A stretch of DNA of 26,084 bases, from positions 1 through 26,084 of the IMG/VR virus record IMGVR_UViG_3300027896_000193. The stretch is one strand, 5' to 3'. Positions 1-9,332 of this stretch are shown piece after piece. The notes below the pieces were generated by a model that was not told the origin of the DNA, searched no databases, and saw only the letters and a program-made list of their open reading frames with translations. The DNA comes from a virus. Its lineage: Duplodnaviria; Caudoviricetes. How positions within the stretch are numbered: the first letter of the stretch is position 1; every line of letters begins with the position of its first letter. Both the position numbers and the translations under genes were made by a program.

Positions 1-1599
1 AAGAGAGCCTAATGCTGGCGTCGCTGTTCCTGATTGTGTTGGGTATGAGAGAGCAACTGCCCCAGTGACACCAAGTTGACCGGTGGTTGTGCTTATTGTT
101 ACCAGGTCAGGGGAAGCAATCGTCACCCCGTTTATGCCTGCAATGTAACAAGAATTTTGCAGTCCACTAGTCGATCCCTGTGTGCCAATATGGATTGCGT
201 TGTTTTCTCCAAGGACTCCAGGGTTCCTAATTAGTATGTTTGAGCTTTCTGCTGTTGTGTAATTATTTCCTGATGAAGATCCAATAGCAATGTTAGAGCT
301 GCCTGTCGATAGATGCTTAAGTGCTTCAGCGCCATAGACGTCATTATAGGTACCAGTTTGTAGCCCAGAAGCTGCTTCAAATCCTGTGACTGTATTTCCA
401 CCACCAGATGACAGCTGATAACATGATGACTTTCCAACGGAAGTATTCTGTATCCCTGAAACAACGGCTCCACCCATGCACAAATATCCTATAGCGGTAT
501 TATCAGTGCCAGATGTTGAAAGCAAAGAAGACGCCCCTACAGCAGTGTTGTCATCCCCTGAACAAGTTTGCAAGGCACTCGATCCTATGGCAGTGCAGTT
601 GTTAGATGACATTGTCTGGGCAGAACGACTACCTACAGCTGTGTTATATTCCCCGATCGATCCAGAGAAATACATTGAATTTATTCCAACAGCAGTGCAG
701 TTTTTCGCTGTTGTCATGTCATGAGCTGCACCTTGGCCTACAGCTGTATTGTTTAGTCCAGATGTAATGCTTGTGAGTGCCGTGATCCCTATTCCTGTGT
801 TGTTTACACCTGTATTGGACAAATTCCCGGCATTATCCCCTACATAAGTACTCCCTGTACCATAGTTGTGTATAAACCTATCGCCACCTAAAGAATAAAG
901 TCCTTGAGTTCCTGTCGAGTTTGTGTTGGGCTGTGAGATAGAATTGTTGAGACAGACAGAAATTGTATTCGACGAGCCAATGGTGTTGATGTTAGTTGCC
1001 TGCCCACCAACTGATGTTCCTCCATCGATGTTTAGAACATTAACTAGTGGAGTAGCAGATCCTGAGTCAGCGTCGAAAGTAGAAGCGACTGCTCCTGTAG
1101 AGTTGATTGTTATACTGTTATGCGCGTTTACAACAGAGACGTTTGTTCCGGAAGATATATTAGTCGCTGTAGGAGGCCCTATACTACTCCCGACTAGTAT
1201 TTGCCCATCTGTGGCTGCGTTCGTCCAACCTAGGGCGCTTGAAGAGCCCTGTCCGTAAACAAAAGAGTTTGCTGTTTGTAAACCTAATTTTGCAGTGAGA
1301 TTAGATGGGGTTGTTACAACAGTAGCAAGAACTCCGGCGATGGTTTCAAGGTCTGTGGCTAGTAGAACAACCCCTTTAGATAAGGTAGTAGCATCTATCC
1401 CAGCAATAGTAATTGTTCCATGTCCATTTGAAACAGAAACCCCTTGCCCTATAGTCGCAGCTAATGTGGCCACTCTAATATTAGGTGCTACACTAGATCC
1501 AATAAGCAACTGACCATCTGTTGTGACCTCGCCAGGATAAGACCCACCATCGAATCTTACGTTGTCTGCGTGGACAACTCCATTGTTGAACCCAGGCAT
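1..1599 (-). CDS. Tail fibre/receptor-binding protein with YadA-head-like beta-helix repeats (runs off the left edge; missing from the ORF track)
   Basis: Manual translation: ATG at 1599, 533 codons open to position 1, starting MPGFNNGVVHADNVRFDGGSYPGEVTTDGQLLIGS. About 12 repeats of N-T-A-[VI]-G type (NNTAVG, NCTAVG, YNTAVG, DNTAIG, SNIAIG) at ~230-860. Lies in the tail module. Confidence 0.8.
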   Translation of the reverse strand, partial: MPGFNNGVVHADNVRFDGGSYPGEVTTDGQLLIGSSVAPNIRVATLAATIGQGVSVSNGHGTITIAGIDATTLSKGVVLLATDLETIAGVLATVVTTPSNLTAKLGLQTANSFVYGQGSSSALGWTNAATDGQILVGSSIGPPTATNISSGTNVSVVNAHNSITINSTGAVASTFDADSGSATPLVNVLNIDGGTSVGGQATNINTIGSSNTISVCLNNSISQPNTNSTGTQGLYSLGGDRFIHNYGTGSTYVGDNAGNLSNTGVNNTGIGITALTSITSGLNNTAVGQGAAHDMTTAKNCTAVGINSMYFSGSIGEYNTAVGSRSAQTMSSNNCTAIGSSALQTCSGDDNTAVGASSLLSTSGTDNTAIGYLCMGGAVVSGIQNTSVGKSSCYQLSSGGGNTVTGFEAASGLQTGTYNDVYGAEALKHLSTGSSNIAIGSSSGNNYTTAESSNILIRNPGVLGENNAIHIGTQGSTSGLQNSCYIAGINGVTIASPDLVTISTTTGQLGVTGAVALSYPTQSGTATPALGSL

Positions 1600-1606
1600 T
1601 TGTAAC

Positions 1607-2626
1607 CTATTGTAAGCCAGCCTTTACGCTGATTAGATGCATAGCTGAAGGAACCGCGACACCATGAATAAATACTAAACAGGGAGAAACAACAGTTGCA
1701 GGAGCGAATGTGAAGGCGTGTGTAACTACTGGCGCTACACCATCTATTAGGTAAGTAACTACCCCGGAAGCACTTACGTTGATTCTTAGAACGTGAGTTT
1801 CTGAGTTGTTCCATGAATTTGTAGTGTTAGTTGGAACAGCAACTCCAGAAGCAAGTCGATCTTCGATGATCATTGTTCCTGGATTTATCACTGCATCCAA
1901 CCCGATAAAAGCATAGTCTGTATAAGTCGTGTAGTCTGGATCGCAAACTTGCTGTTTTCTAAATCCACATAGTATTGGAGAGTCAGTCACGTCAGTGGCA
2001 TTGATGCTAAATTCTAGGAAAAAGGCTGGAGAGGTACCTATTGTGTAAGCATGCTTGGATTTAGTAAACATCCCCCAGTTAAATTCGGCACCGTTATTTT
2101 GTATCAACGACCACCCCATATTTAACCCAATCGAGTCCATGACAGGCAAACAATCAGCGCTAGGTGCTGTTGCAATCATATATTCATTAAGAATCTCTCC
2201 GGCTTGGAACATGAGATTGTTTGTTGCACCACTATTCCCTGAAGCTACTGCCCCCGTGATGCTTAGCAGTTGTGCTAGAGGGCTTTCATTAAAAACTATG
2301 TCTGTGTAATTTTTTAATGAATTAATCCCAGCAGGAGTAGTGACAGTAGTGGTATCTACCCCTTGACAAGTTAATGAACTTGTGGCTAGTTCAACCACTC
2401 CCTTAACACTAGTAGAGGCATTGACTCCACTTATGTTAATCGATCCCGAGCTAGGAGTGATCGAAAGACCTTGCCCAGCACTTGTTGCTAATGTTCCTAC
2501 CTTGATATGGGGAGATGCTGTCGAACCTATCAACAACTGACCATCTGTTGTTACCTGACCAGGGTATTGAGTCCCATCAAACCTCACATTATCTGCATAA
2601 ACAACACCATTATTGAATCCGGGCAT
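1607..2626 (-). CDS. Tail fibre/spike-like protein, 339 aa; N-terminus paralogous to 1..1599
   Basis: Better start is MPGFNN at 2626, with AGGAG upstream. Contains the fibre-type motif ASTSVKGVVELAT and a beta-rich, possibly lectin-like C-terminus (HVLRINVSASGVVTYLIDG). Confidence 0.7.
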   Translation of the reverse strand: MPGFNNGVVYADNVRFDGTQYPGQVTTDGQLLIGSTASPHIKVGTLATSAGQGLSITPSSGSINISGVNASTSVKGVVELATSSLTCQGVDTTTVTTPAGINSLKNYTDIVFNESPLAQLLSITGAVASGNSGATNNLMFQAGEILNEYMIATAPSADCLPVMDSIGLNMGWSLIQNNGAEFNWGMFTKSKHAYTIGTSPAFFLEFSINATDVTDSPILCGFRKQQVCDPDYTTYTDYAFIGLDAVINPGTMIIEDRLASGVAVPTNTTNSWNNSETHVLRINVSASGVVTYLIDGVAPVVTHAFTFAPATVVSPCLVFIHGVAVPSAMHLISVKAGLQ

Positions 2627-2637
2627 AAAAACTCCTA

Positions 2638-3183
2638 TTAGACATATGTATATTGAGCAACGACATTCCACTGAACCGTCAATCCGAGCACCCCTGTCAC
2701 ACGAATAATTGCACTGTTTCCTACAACTACCACAGACGCATCACATGGAATTAACGCCGCCTCTTCCATCTCATCAATAGCTTGATTTGGAATTAGAGTG
2801 GAAACAACTCCAGTAGTTCTAACTGCTGCTACAATTCCATACCCTGCCCCTACTGGTGGTGATGGAGCCCCTAGACTATTGGTATTGCTAAACGCCGTTA
2901 CAATTATGTTAAAACAATAAGTTGCTGGAAGAGCGCCAAGATTCATAACAACAGGGTCAGCCGTGATGGCATCAATAGTCGTTATACCGCCTTCTACTGC
3001 TGCTGGAGTGGTTGTTATAGTGATTACGTTGCCCGCGGCAGCCGTCTGTATTCCTAGAAGTCCCGCCCCTTGTGTTACTATATTCAACACGTTAAGAGCT
3101 GGCGTCGCCACCCCTGCGTCAGTTACATAAGTTGTTGCAGCTGTCGGTATCCCTGAAGCATTAATTATACCTGCCTGTGACAT
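2638..3183 (-). CDS. Virion tail-associated protein, 181 aa
   Basis: AGGAGG RBS; rich in Thr/Ala/Val/Gly; carries the YVTDAGVATPALNVLNI module also found in the fibre gene. Confidence 0.6.
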   Translation of the reverse strand: MSQAGIINASGIPTAATTYVTDAGVATPALNVLNIVTQGAGLLGIQTAAAGNVITITTTPAAVEGGITTIDAITADPVVMNLGALPATYCFNIIVTAFSNTNSLGAPSPPVGAGYGIVAAVRTTGVVSTLIPNQAIDEMEEAALIPCDASVVVVGNSAIIRVTGVLGLTVQWNVVAQYTYV

Positions 3184-3185
3184 GT

Positions 3186-3518
3186 TTAGCCTCCTACATA
3201 CTGGACAACTAAATACACTCTACCTACTCCTGCATTACCTCTTATCCAAACTTGGGTTTTTGCTTTGAAGGCCAATACAGATCCTCTAGATGCATTAGCG
3301 CCTTCATCGTAAAGATAAAAACTTCCTTGTGGGCATATGTCGTCATCAGTGACTCCGTCTAAACTAATTGTGACTGGCATAGTTGACGTGTTAACAAGCT
3401 TTATCAGAAAAGGAGAGTGAACTAATGGCGCTCCTAAAGCTTGATATGCACCTGTAAATATTGCTGAATCTATAGACCTAAGGGGCTCATAGAATACTTT
3501 AATTCCTAAATTACTCAT
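3186..3518 (-). CDS. Small beta-rich virion protein, 110 aa
   Basis: Tightly packed in the tail operon; beta-strand-like pattern; function inferred from position only. Confidence 0.55.
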   Translation of the reverse strand: MSNLGIKVFYEPLRSIDSAIFTGAYQALGAPLVHSPFLIKLVNTSTMPVTISLDGVTDDDICPQGSFYLYDEGANASRGSVLAFKAKTQVWIRGNAGVGRVYLVVQYVGG

Positions 3519-3530
3519 TTTAAACCTAAA

Positions 3531-4202
3531 TTACAGAGCTTCGATGCATAGATAGTCAAAAGACGATGTATCAGTAGCCGCGGAGACTCCTAAGGCATCA
3601 ACAGAACTTACAGTTAATGTGCCTGGGACAGAAACATCCGAAACTAAAAACCCGACAGCCCCTGCTCCTGCTGTTGTCCTGGTCAAGAAAACGCGAGTGT
3701 TTGCCGTGACTGAGGCGATGGCTATACTCTTGGTCCCTGCAACTAGAGTGCTTGATCCCATTCTTCCATTAGCGCCTTCAGCAATACTTATCCCACTACC
3801 AACCTCTAGAATATCTAAATATCCTGTCACAACAGCGACGTCACCGGTGCCTTTAGGAGTTAGTTTGAGGTCGATAGCTGCATTTGTTCCTATAGCATCC
3901 CAAGCGTTAGCTATAAGTGTTGACTGAAGAGCAAGGTCCCCGGTCAGATATGTGTCTGCTGTTATAGTGGTAAACACATTAGTAAGGGTTCCCATAACTA
4001 CCCAATTAGCAACACCACCAGAGTTTGATGTCATTCCCCACATCGTTCCGGCTAGCTTATTAACCCAGATTTGTCCAAGAATATATCCAGTATCAGCAGT
4101 AGTTGGATCTCTAGATGATATGATTGGGGTTGGAAACTGGTTTACAGTAGGCTGTGGAAGCCCATATGAAGATTGAGTCTGAGTTTGTAGACGCTTTACC
4201 AT
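3531..4202 (-). CDS. Tail fibre-like/structural protein, 223 aa
   Basis: Better start is MVKRLQ at 4202 (GAGG RBS, downstream of the promoter at 4237-4265). RDPTTADTGYILGQIWVN resembles fibre/adhesin knob repeats. Confidence 0.6.
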   Translation of the reverse strand: MVKRLQTQTQSSYGLPQPTVNQFPTPIISSRDPTTADTGYILGQIWVNKLAGTMWGMTSNSGGVANWVVMGTLTNVFTTITADTYLTGDLALQSTLIANAWDAIGTNAAIDLKLTPKGTGDVAVVTGYLDILEVGSGISIAEGANGRMGSSTLVAGTKSIAIASVTANTRVFLTRTTAGAGAVGFLVSDVSVPGTLTVSSVDALGVSAATDTSSFDYLCIEAL

Positions 4203-4236
4203 ATTGTACCTCTGGGTTAATGGTATTTTTTTCTTT

Positions 4237-4265
4237 AAGATAGCACGAATCGAAGGTAGTGTCAA
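4237..4265 (-). promoter_or_regulatory. Sigma70-type promoter of the tail-fibre operon
   Basis: TTGACA-N17-TATCTT with extended -10 TG. Confidence 0.65.
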
Positions 4266-4311
4266 AATTATTTTACAAGAGTATCTTTAGGCGAGACATG
4301 GAGGTCAACCT

Positions 4312-4488
4312 ATGGGTATGCTATTTGTGTTTTCGATAGGTTTTTTGAACGTATTGATGTTGTGGGGAGGGTTTGTATATATTAAGAATTTTTGTAATGA
4401 AGAGATTTTCGAGATGCAGAAACACAGAAAGATGACGCATTTAGAAATTAGACTTTTGAACAAGAAAATTAAGGAACTCTGTGGATGA
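4312..4488 (+). CDS. Small membrane protein, 58 aa (N-terminal TM plus charged helix); not in the ORF track
   Basis: GGAGG RBS at 4300-4304; MGMLFVFSIGFLNVLMLWGGFVYIKNFCNEEIFEMQKHRKMTHLEIRLLNKKIKELCG. Confidence 0.65.
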   Translation: MGMLFVFSIGFLNVLMLWGGFVYIKNFCNEEIFEMQKHRKMTHLEIRLLNKKIKELCG

Positions 4489-4565
4489 TTTTATTATAGA
4501 AGAGATCGGCCTTGTGTTTCTTTGGTTGATTCTGGTAGGATATATAACCAAATCAAGGGGATAAA

Positions 4566-4754
4566 ATGGACTGGACGCAGTTGTTGGTTTTTATGGCGAC
4601 AATGGGTGGTTTGTTTTTCTGGGTAAGATCTGAAGCTAGAGAAGATAACAGGGCTATAATGGCTCTAATTTCATCAATCAAGGATGAGATTAAAGATTTT
4701 CACGGAAGACTATGCATATTAGAAGAAAGATATTTGAAAGGGAGAAAGGATTAA
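4566..4754 (+). CDS. Small TM plus coiled-coil protein, 62 aa
   Basis: AAGGGG RBS; single N-terminal hydrophobic helix; motif EAREDNR...KDFHGRLC. Confidence 0.75.
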   Translation: MDWTQLLVFMATMGGLFFWVRSEAREDNRAIMALISSIKDEIKDFHGRLCILEERYLKGRKD

Positions 4755-4755
4755 T

Positions 4756-4992
4756 ATGGACATAGCGTTTTTTCAGTCTTTGTCATATATAGTTGCTATT
4801 ATGGTATTCGTCTGGTATCTAAGAAAAGATTCAAAAGATGATTATATCAGACTAGAAACAAAGTTAGAATTATGGAGAGCTGAGTCAAGAGAAGACAATA
4901 GGAGAATCGAAGGATTGGTCTCTGCTATTAAAGAAGATGTTAGAGATTTTCACACTAGATTATGTAAAATTGAGGAAAAAAGGAAGAATTAA
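4756..4992 (+). CDS. Small TM plus coiled-coil protein, 78 aa; paralogue of 4566..4754
   Basis: Motif ESREDNR...RDFHTRLC; coupled to the previous gene through TAA-T-ATG. Confidence 0.75.
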   Translation: MDIAFFQSLSYIVAIMVFVWYLRKDSKDDYIRLETKLELWRAESREDNRRIEGLVSAIKEDVRDFHTRLCKIEEKRKN

Positions 4993-4993
4993 T

Positions 4994-5053
4994 ATGTTTA
5001 TTATTGTATGTATACTTGTTTTTTGTTGGACGTTAGAATATCTTTCTTCATGA
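4994..5053 (+). CDS. Possible 19-aa hydrophobic peptide
   Basis: MFIIVCILVFCWTLEYLSS; same TTAATATG coupling as the previous junction with AGGA upstream; its stop abuts the stop of the convergent gene. Confidence 0.35.
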   Translation: MFIIVCILVFCWTLEYLSS

Positions 5054-6667
5054 TTATCTAGACAACAACTTATCAATGGATGTTTCTGTCTCGTCTTTAG
5101 AAATACCTTGTCTACTTTTGACGCCCACTAATGGCAAGGACTTTTTAACCACTCCAGAAACTCCCCCCCCTATTTGAGGACTTATTGCTAACGTAGATTT
5201 AAGTTTCCTCGTCCAATATAAAGGAGATAATTTTGAACCTCCTTCAGCTTTTCTAATTTTTCCAATTCCTTTTTCTTGGCTTATTAAATCTTTAATTAAT
5301 TGATTAAATTCTTTCTCTGTGTCTGCCCCAAAAGTAGTTCTTACTTTTCTTCTTAATTCTTTGTCAGAAAAATAGTCTTTTGTTTTTGAATAATTAATTT
5401 TATCTTTAGAGAATATGCTATCTATAAATTCGTCTATCTTTCCTATATTTGCTTGATCGGCAAATCTTTTATTTGTTTTTATAAATAATTTATCTAGCTC
5501 AGAACCAGGTACTTTTCTGTGTATTTCACTTGATAAGGCTCTGTTATAATCCAACAAAGCATCTTTAATCCCGTCTAATGAAGCGCCAGTTTGGTTCGTA
5601 GAAAAAGACTTTACAAGATCTTTATTGTTACTTCTATACTGTCTTACTATCTCATCAAGGCCGTGTTTTTTGTTTGGGTCTAACTCTTTAGAAATAGACT
5701 CCATTTTTCCTGTATATGCCTTATCAGCTTCACTAAGAGTAATAGGAGATTTTTTTCTCATGTTTATTTGATTTTCCAGACTTTTCTGTATGTCACCCCC
5801 TGTCACATTCATAGGCATAGCTTCAGAAGCAATCCTGACCCTATCCAGTCCATTCTCTAAATCCTGATAAAATTTAACTGGAGTTTCCTTTAATTCTTTA
5901 TATGTTTCATTTTTAGAAAACAAGTTTTTCGCTAAATCTTTTGACTCGTCTTCAACTTTCCCTACTAATGATTCATATTCGCCATGAGACATTTTAAAGG
6001 ATTTTTTTGCGTTCTCAAATCCTCTTGCAGTAAGACCAGATGATTTTAGAACTTTTCTTGCAGCAGAAAGAGCCCCAGTGCTTAAAGACGATGCTATATC
6101 TATTCCAGTAGCAACTCCTTCAGAAGCACCTAATTCTTCTGCAACTCCTCCAGCCAGTCCACCTACAGCTGATGCCCCAAGAAGAGGAAGAGCGGCTCCT
6201 CCTCCTGTAGCTAGTGATCCCAAAACAAATGGAGCAGTAGATCCTACAGCAGAACCTATTCTTTTCGCAATTCTTCCAGCCCCTGTAGTAGGTTCGGCAT
6301 ATCCAATTTTTTCTCCTATTTGACCAGAAGTTGGCAGTTTTGATTCAGGAATGTTTATTAAAGGACCGCCTGGAGAAAGTCCTTCAATTACAGGGCTAGA
6401 TTTAGACTCTTGCTGAAGTTGATGCATAGTTTGCCAAATGTCACCAGCGCCACCTATTGCTGACATGGCTGTTTTCTTCAAAAGCTGTTCGGGGACTTCT
6501 GTGAACGCGCTTTTTGGAAGGTTTTCTTTATATTGATCGTTAGCATAGTCAAAAAACTCTGCTGCACTGTTATACTGTTTATCATCTTTCTGAGGAGTCT
6601 CTTCCTTCTGTCCAGTGGCATAGTTAAAAAACTCTGCTGCTTTTTTATACTCTTCTTTATTATTCAT
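5054..6667 (-). CDS. Putative DNA ejection (pilot) protein, 537 aa
   Basis: Gly/Ala hydrophobic segment plus long charged helical region; third large ORF after the tail hub, as in the P22 gp7/20/16 arrangement; N-terminal AAEFFxYA duplication. Confidence 0.55.
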   Translation of the reverse strand: MNNKEEYKKAAEFFNYATGQKEETPQKDDKQYNSAAEFFDYANDQYKENLPKSAFTEVPEQLLKKTAMSAIGGAGDIWQTMHQLQQESKSSPVIEGLSPGGPLINIPESKLPTSGQIGEKIGYAEPTTGAGRIAKRIGSAVGSTAPFVLGSLATGGGAALPLLGASAVGGLAGGVAEELGASEGVATGIDIASSLSTGALSAARKVLKSSGLTARGFENAKKSFKMSHGEYESLVGKVEDESKDLAKNLFSKNETYKELKETPVKFYQDLENGLDRVRIASEAMPMNVTGGDIQKSLENQINMRKKSPITLSEADKAYTGKMESISKELDPNKKHGLDEIVRQYRSNNKDLVKSFSTNQTGASLDGIKDALLDYNRALSSEIHRKVPGSELDKLFIKTNKRFADQANIGKIDEFIDSIFSKDKINYSKTKDYFSDKELRRKVRTTFGADTEKEFNQLIKDLISQEKGIGKIRKAEGGSKLSPLYWTRKLKSTLAISPQIGGGVSGVVKKSLPLVGVKSRQGISKDETETSIDKLLSR

Positions 6668-6668
6668 T

Positions 6669-8258
6669 TTATTCCCAGAAAGATTTATCAGGTATTTTGT
6701 ATCCTAATTTTAATGCTGCCTGAATTGCTTTCTCTTTATCCCCACCAGCCTTCTCAGTCAACGCCTTAGCTCTTTTTGGAGTAAGAAAAGTATCTTTTAC
6801 AGGCCTAAGGCTTTCTAGGCTTCTCAAAGGAGCATTTTGTTCTTGAATTTGCTGAATATTGTATGCTGTTTTATTCTGTATCAAGTCAGAATATTCAATC
6901 ATTTTTTTGTTAACAGCAGTAGCCAGGCCAGGGGAAATGTTGCCTTTTTTGTCTGTATAATCCCCTTTAAGTTGTTCTAAAAACATAGCCTTACCAAGAG
7001 TCAAATCCATCTTCATTTTCTGTGCTGCCACCCATGCCATGTTTCCTTCATAGGTTTTCCCAACATCTGGTAAGATAGACATAAGCTGTTTATCAAGCAT
7101 CATATTAGACTTAGTCCCTAGAGATTTTACGTCGCTAAGTAAATACCCTTTTGCAGCGTTTCTCAGCGACTCCCCTTCAGCTGTTCTGAAAGCTTCTATA
7201 CCTGTGTAATTTGCTATATTATCTAGGGAAAGTAATCCAAAGTTCCCTGTTTTTAAACTATTTTCTGCCATAGCAAGCAAATTCTTCTGTAAAGGGATAC
7301 TCTCTACTTCGTGTTCAATTGATCCAATAAAAGCATGTACGTCTTTATTTTCGATTTCTCTAGTTTGCTTTTTCTCTGCCTCTGTTTTTTGCCATTCGAA
7401 CTTTTCTCTTGCTAAGCTATTTTTTCCTTCAGCTTGTTGTGCAGATTTTGACTTATAATAGTTGTCCATTTCCATTTTTCTAGAAGCAACCATTCTGTCT
7501 TGCATTTTTTTATTTGGTGCATGAGACAATAAAATGCGAAATTCACTGTCAGAGATAGGTTCTTCAACGTCATTTCCAGAAGGAGAAGCTTCTTGTATTG
7601 TCTTTGGAGGTACTACCCCTGCTGGGGTCTCTGGCTGTTCTACCTGTCCTTGTTGACCTGCTACCTGTCTAAAATTCTGATCTTGTCCTATTGCTGGCTG
7701 ATTTTGCTGGGTCAAGGGAAGAAATGGCTGCCCACCAGCTGCCTGAGGATACCCTGGCATAACTCCTGGTGGCAATCCTTGTCCCATCCTCTGCATCGCG
7801 TCCATATTCATCGCTATGTTTTGAGGAGTTGGTTGAACTTGTTGTTGCATCTGCTGGGGTTGTTGTTGCTGACCGGCTTGTAAATTACTTACTGCTGCCC
7901 TTCCACCCTTAGTAATGTAATCATTAGCAACGCCACTTCCCTGTCCAAAGTTTTCAAACAACAACTTAGCAACTTGTGGGTGTTGAGAAGTAGGCAAACT
8001 CTTTAATCCATTATATATTTGTTGTCGTTGCTGTTCAGGAAATAAATTAGAAAGACCTTTTGCAGAAGAATCTTGAGCAGCTTCAGCTCTAGCGTTTTCT
8101 TTTTCAGCAAGCATGTCTTGAAATTTACCTTGCAGATACATATTTGTTGCACTACTAAGTCCTTGTCCTAACCCAGACCCTAACGCCTCTCCAAGCATGC
8201 TAGAGGTTGATCTCTTCTTCTGAATTGGAATTGAATGTCGTTGTATTACAGCACCCAT
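6669..8258 (-). CDS. Putative DNA ejection protein, 529 aa, Gln/Pro-rich linker
   Basis: LGEALGSGLGQGL N-terminal motif, low-complexity Q/P region, helical C-terminus; synteny. Confidence 0.55.
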   Translation of the reverse strand: MGAVIQRHSIPIQKKRSTSSMLGEALGSGLGQGLSSATNMYLQGKFQDMLAEKENARAEAAQDSSAKGLSNLFPEQQRQQIYNGLKSLPTSQHPQVAKLLFENFGQGSGVANDYITKGGRAAVSNLQAGQQQQPQQMQQQVQPTPQNIAMNMDAMQRMGQGLPPGVMPGYPQAAGGQPFLPLTQQNQPAIGQDQNFRQVAGQQGQVEQPETPAGVVPPKTIQEASPSGNDVEEPISDSEFRILLSHAPNKKMQDRMVASRKMEMDNYYKSKSAQQAEGKNSLAREKFEWQKTEAEKKQTREIENKDVHAFIGSIEHEVESIPLQKNLLAMAENSLKTGNFGLLSLDNIANYTGIEAFRTAEGESLRNAAKGYLLSDVKSLGTKSNMMLDKQLMSILPDVGKTYEGNMAWVAAQKMKMDLTLGKAMFLEQLKGDYTDKKGNISPGLATAVNKKMIEYSDLIQNKTAYNIQQIQEQNAPLRSLESLRPVKDTFLTPKRAKALTEKAGGDKEKAIQAALKLGYKIPDKSFWE

Positions 8259-8288
8259 TTTTGCCTATTCTTTGTATAAATTGTTTTA

Positions 8289-9332
8289 CTAACCTGCAGC
8301 TGCACTTCCAACGCCTCCTCCAAAAATGCCTCCTATGATGCCACCTATGCCAGGCAAAATCATATTTCCTACAGCAGACCCAATAGCAGTACCAGCTCCT
8401 GCAGCAACAGCACCTCCAAGTCTACTCCCAAAACTTCCCCCTCCCCCTCCTTCTCCTCCTTCTACTTCACGATACTCAGCAGGAATAACGGTATTGAATC
8501 TTGGTGTCCCTATGGCTATGTTTTGTCTTTGGTTGGTTAGTCCTTCAGCATATCGATTAGCTTCTTGTTGAAGTGATTGTGGCATCATCGAGTTTTGCAT
8601 TGATTGTGAGATTAGATTGGCGTGCTGAGCTTGTCTAGCTGCAGGCAATTGAGCATATCCTAAGCCAACATTCGATCCCTGAACTTGTTGTGAAAGAAGT
8701 TGATCTATCAAAGATGCTTTTAATGACGCCAGGTTTTCACTTAATCCTGCTCCAGCTTGTCCTAATGAATTTTGGAAGCCAGAACTACCCAATGCATTTA
8801 ATCCAGCAAATTGTTCAGAAAGTTGAGGGACAGTCTGCTCGCGAAATTGTCTCATAAAAGGAGTCGCAAAGTCTCTATAGTGTTCTTCAGGATTTCTGTT
8901 TAGCAAGTTTTGAAGGAATGAAACCGCTGATCCCTCAACAGGAGAAGAAGGAACTCCCCCTCTTGCTAGGTTTTGAAGTTCTTGATTCCCTTGTTGCCAC
9001 TCAGCCGACATTTCGATTTTTTCAGGCTCGACCGGCTTCATATATTCATGGAGAGCTACTCTTTGGGCATGAGTCAATAATGGAATTTTTTCATTGTCTG
9101 AATCTGACCCATGATGACCATGATGATGTTTCCCACCATGTTTTAAATATTTAGGGTCAACCCAACTAAGTCCAAATTTACTACCATGTTTGCCTCCTCC
9201 ATGTCTTTCAAACCTCTTATAATCTTTTTTTGACATGTGACCTATTGCAGCTAGCTCAGGAGACAGACCAGTATTAAGTTCACCACCAAGCTTTGATTGA
9301 CCAAATTTTTCATGGCTTCTCTTATGCGGCAT
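8289..9332 (-). CDS. Putative DNA ejection protein (P22 gp7-like position), 347 aa
   Basis: Gln/Asn-rich helical core (LSEQFAGLNALGSSGFQNSLGQAG), glycine-zipper C-terminus, His/Lys/Gly-rich N-terminus. Confidence 0.55.
   Translation of the reverse strand: MPHKRSHEKFGQSKLGGELNTGLSPELAAIGHMSKKDYKRFERHGGGKHGSKFGLSWVDPKYLKHGGKHHHGHHGSDSDNEKIPLLTHAQRVALHEYMKPVEPEKIEMSAEWQQGNQELQNLARGGVPSSPVEGSAVSFLQNLLNRNPEEHYRDFATPFMRQFREQTVPQLSEQFAGLNALGSSGFQNSLGQAGAGLSENLASLKASLIDQLLSQQVQGSNVGLGYAQLPAARQAQHANLISQSMQNSMMPQSLQQEANRYAEGLTNQRQNIAIGTPRFNTVIPAEYREVEGGEGGGGGSFGSRLGGAVAAGAGTAIGSAVGNMILPGIGGIIGGIFGGGVGSAAAG

Noticed and set aside
1-2626. Invertible fibre shufflon or DGR explaining the duplicated fibre starts
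   Set aside because: The copies are in direct orientation and diverged at all base types; no invertase or reverse transcriptase is present in the window.
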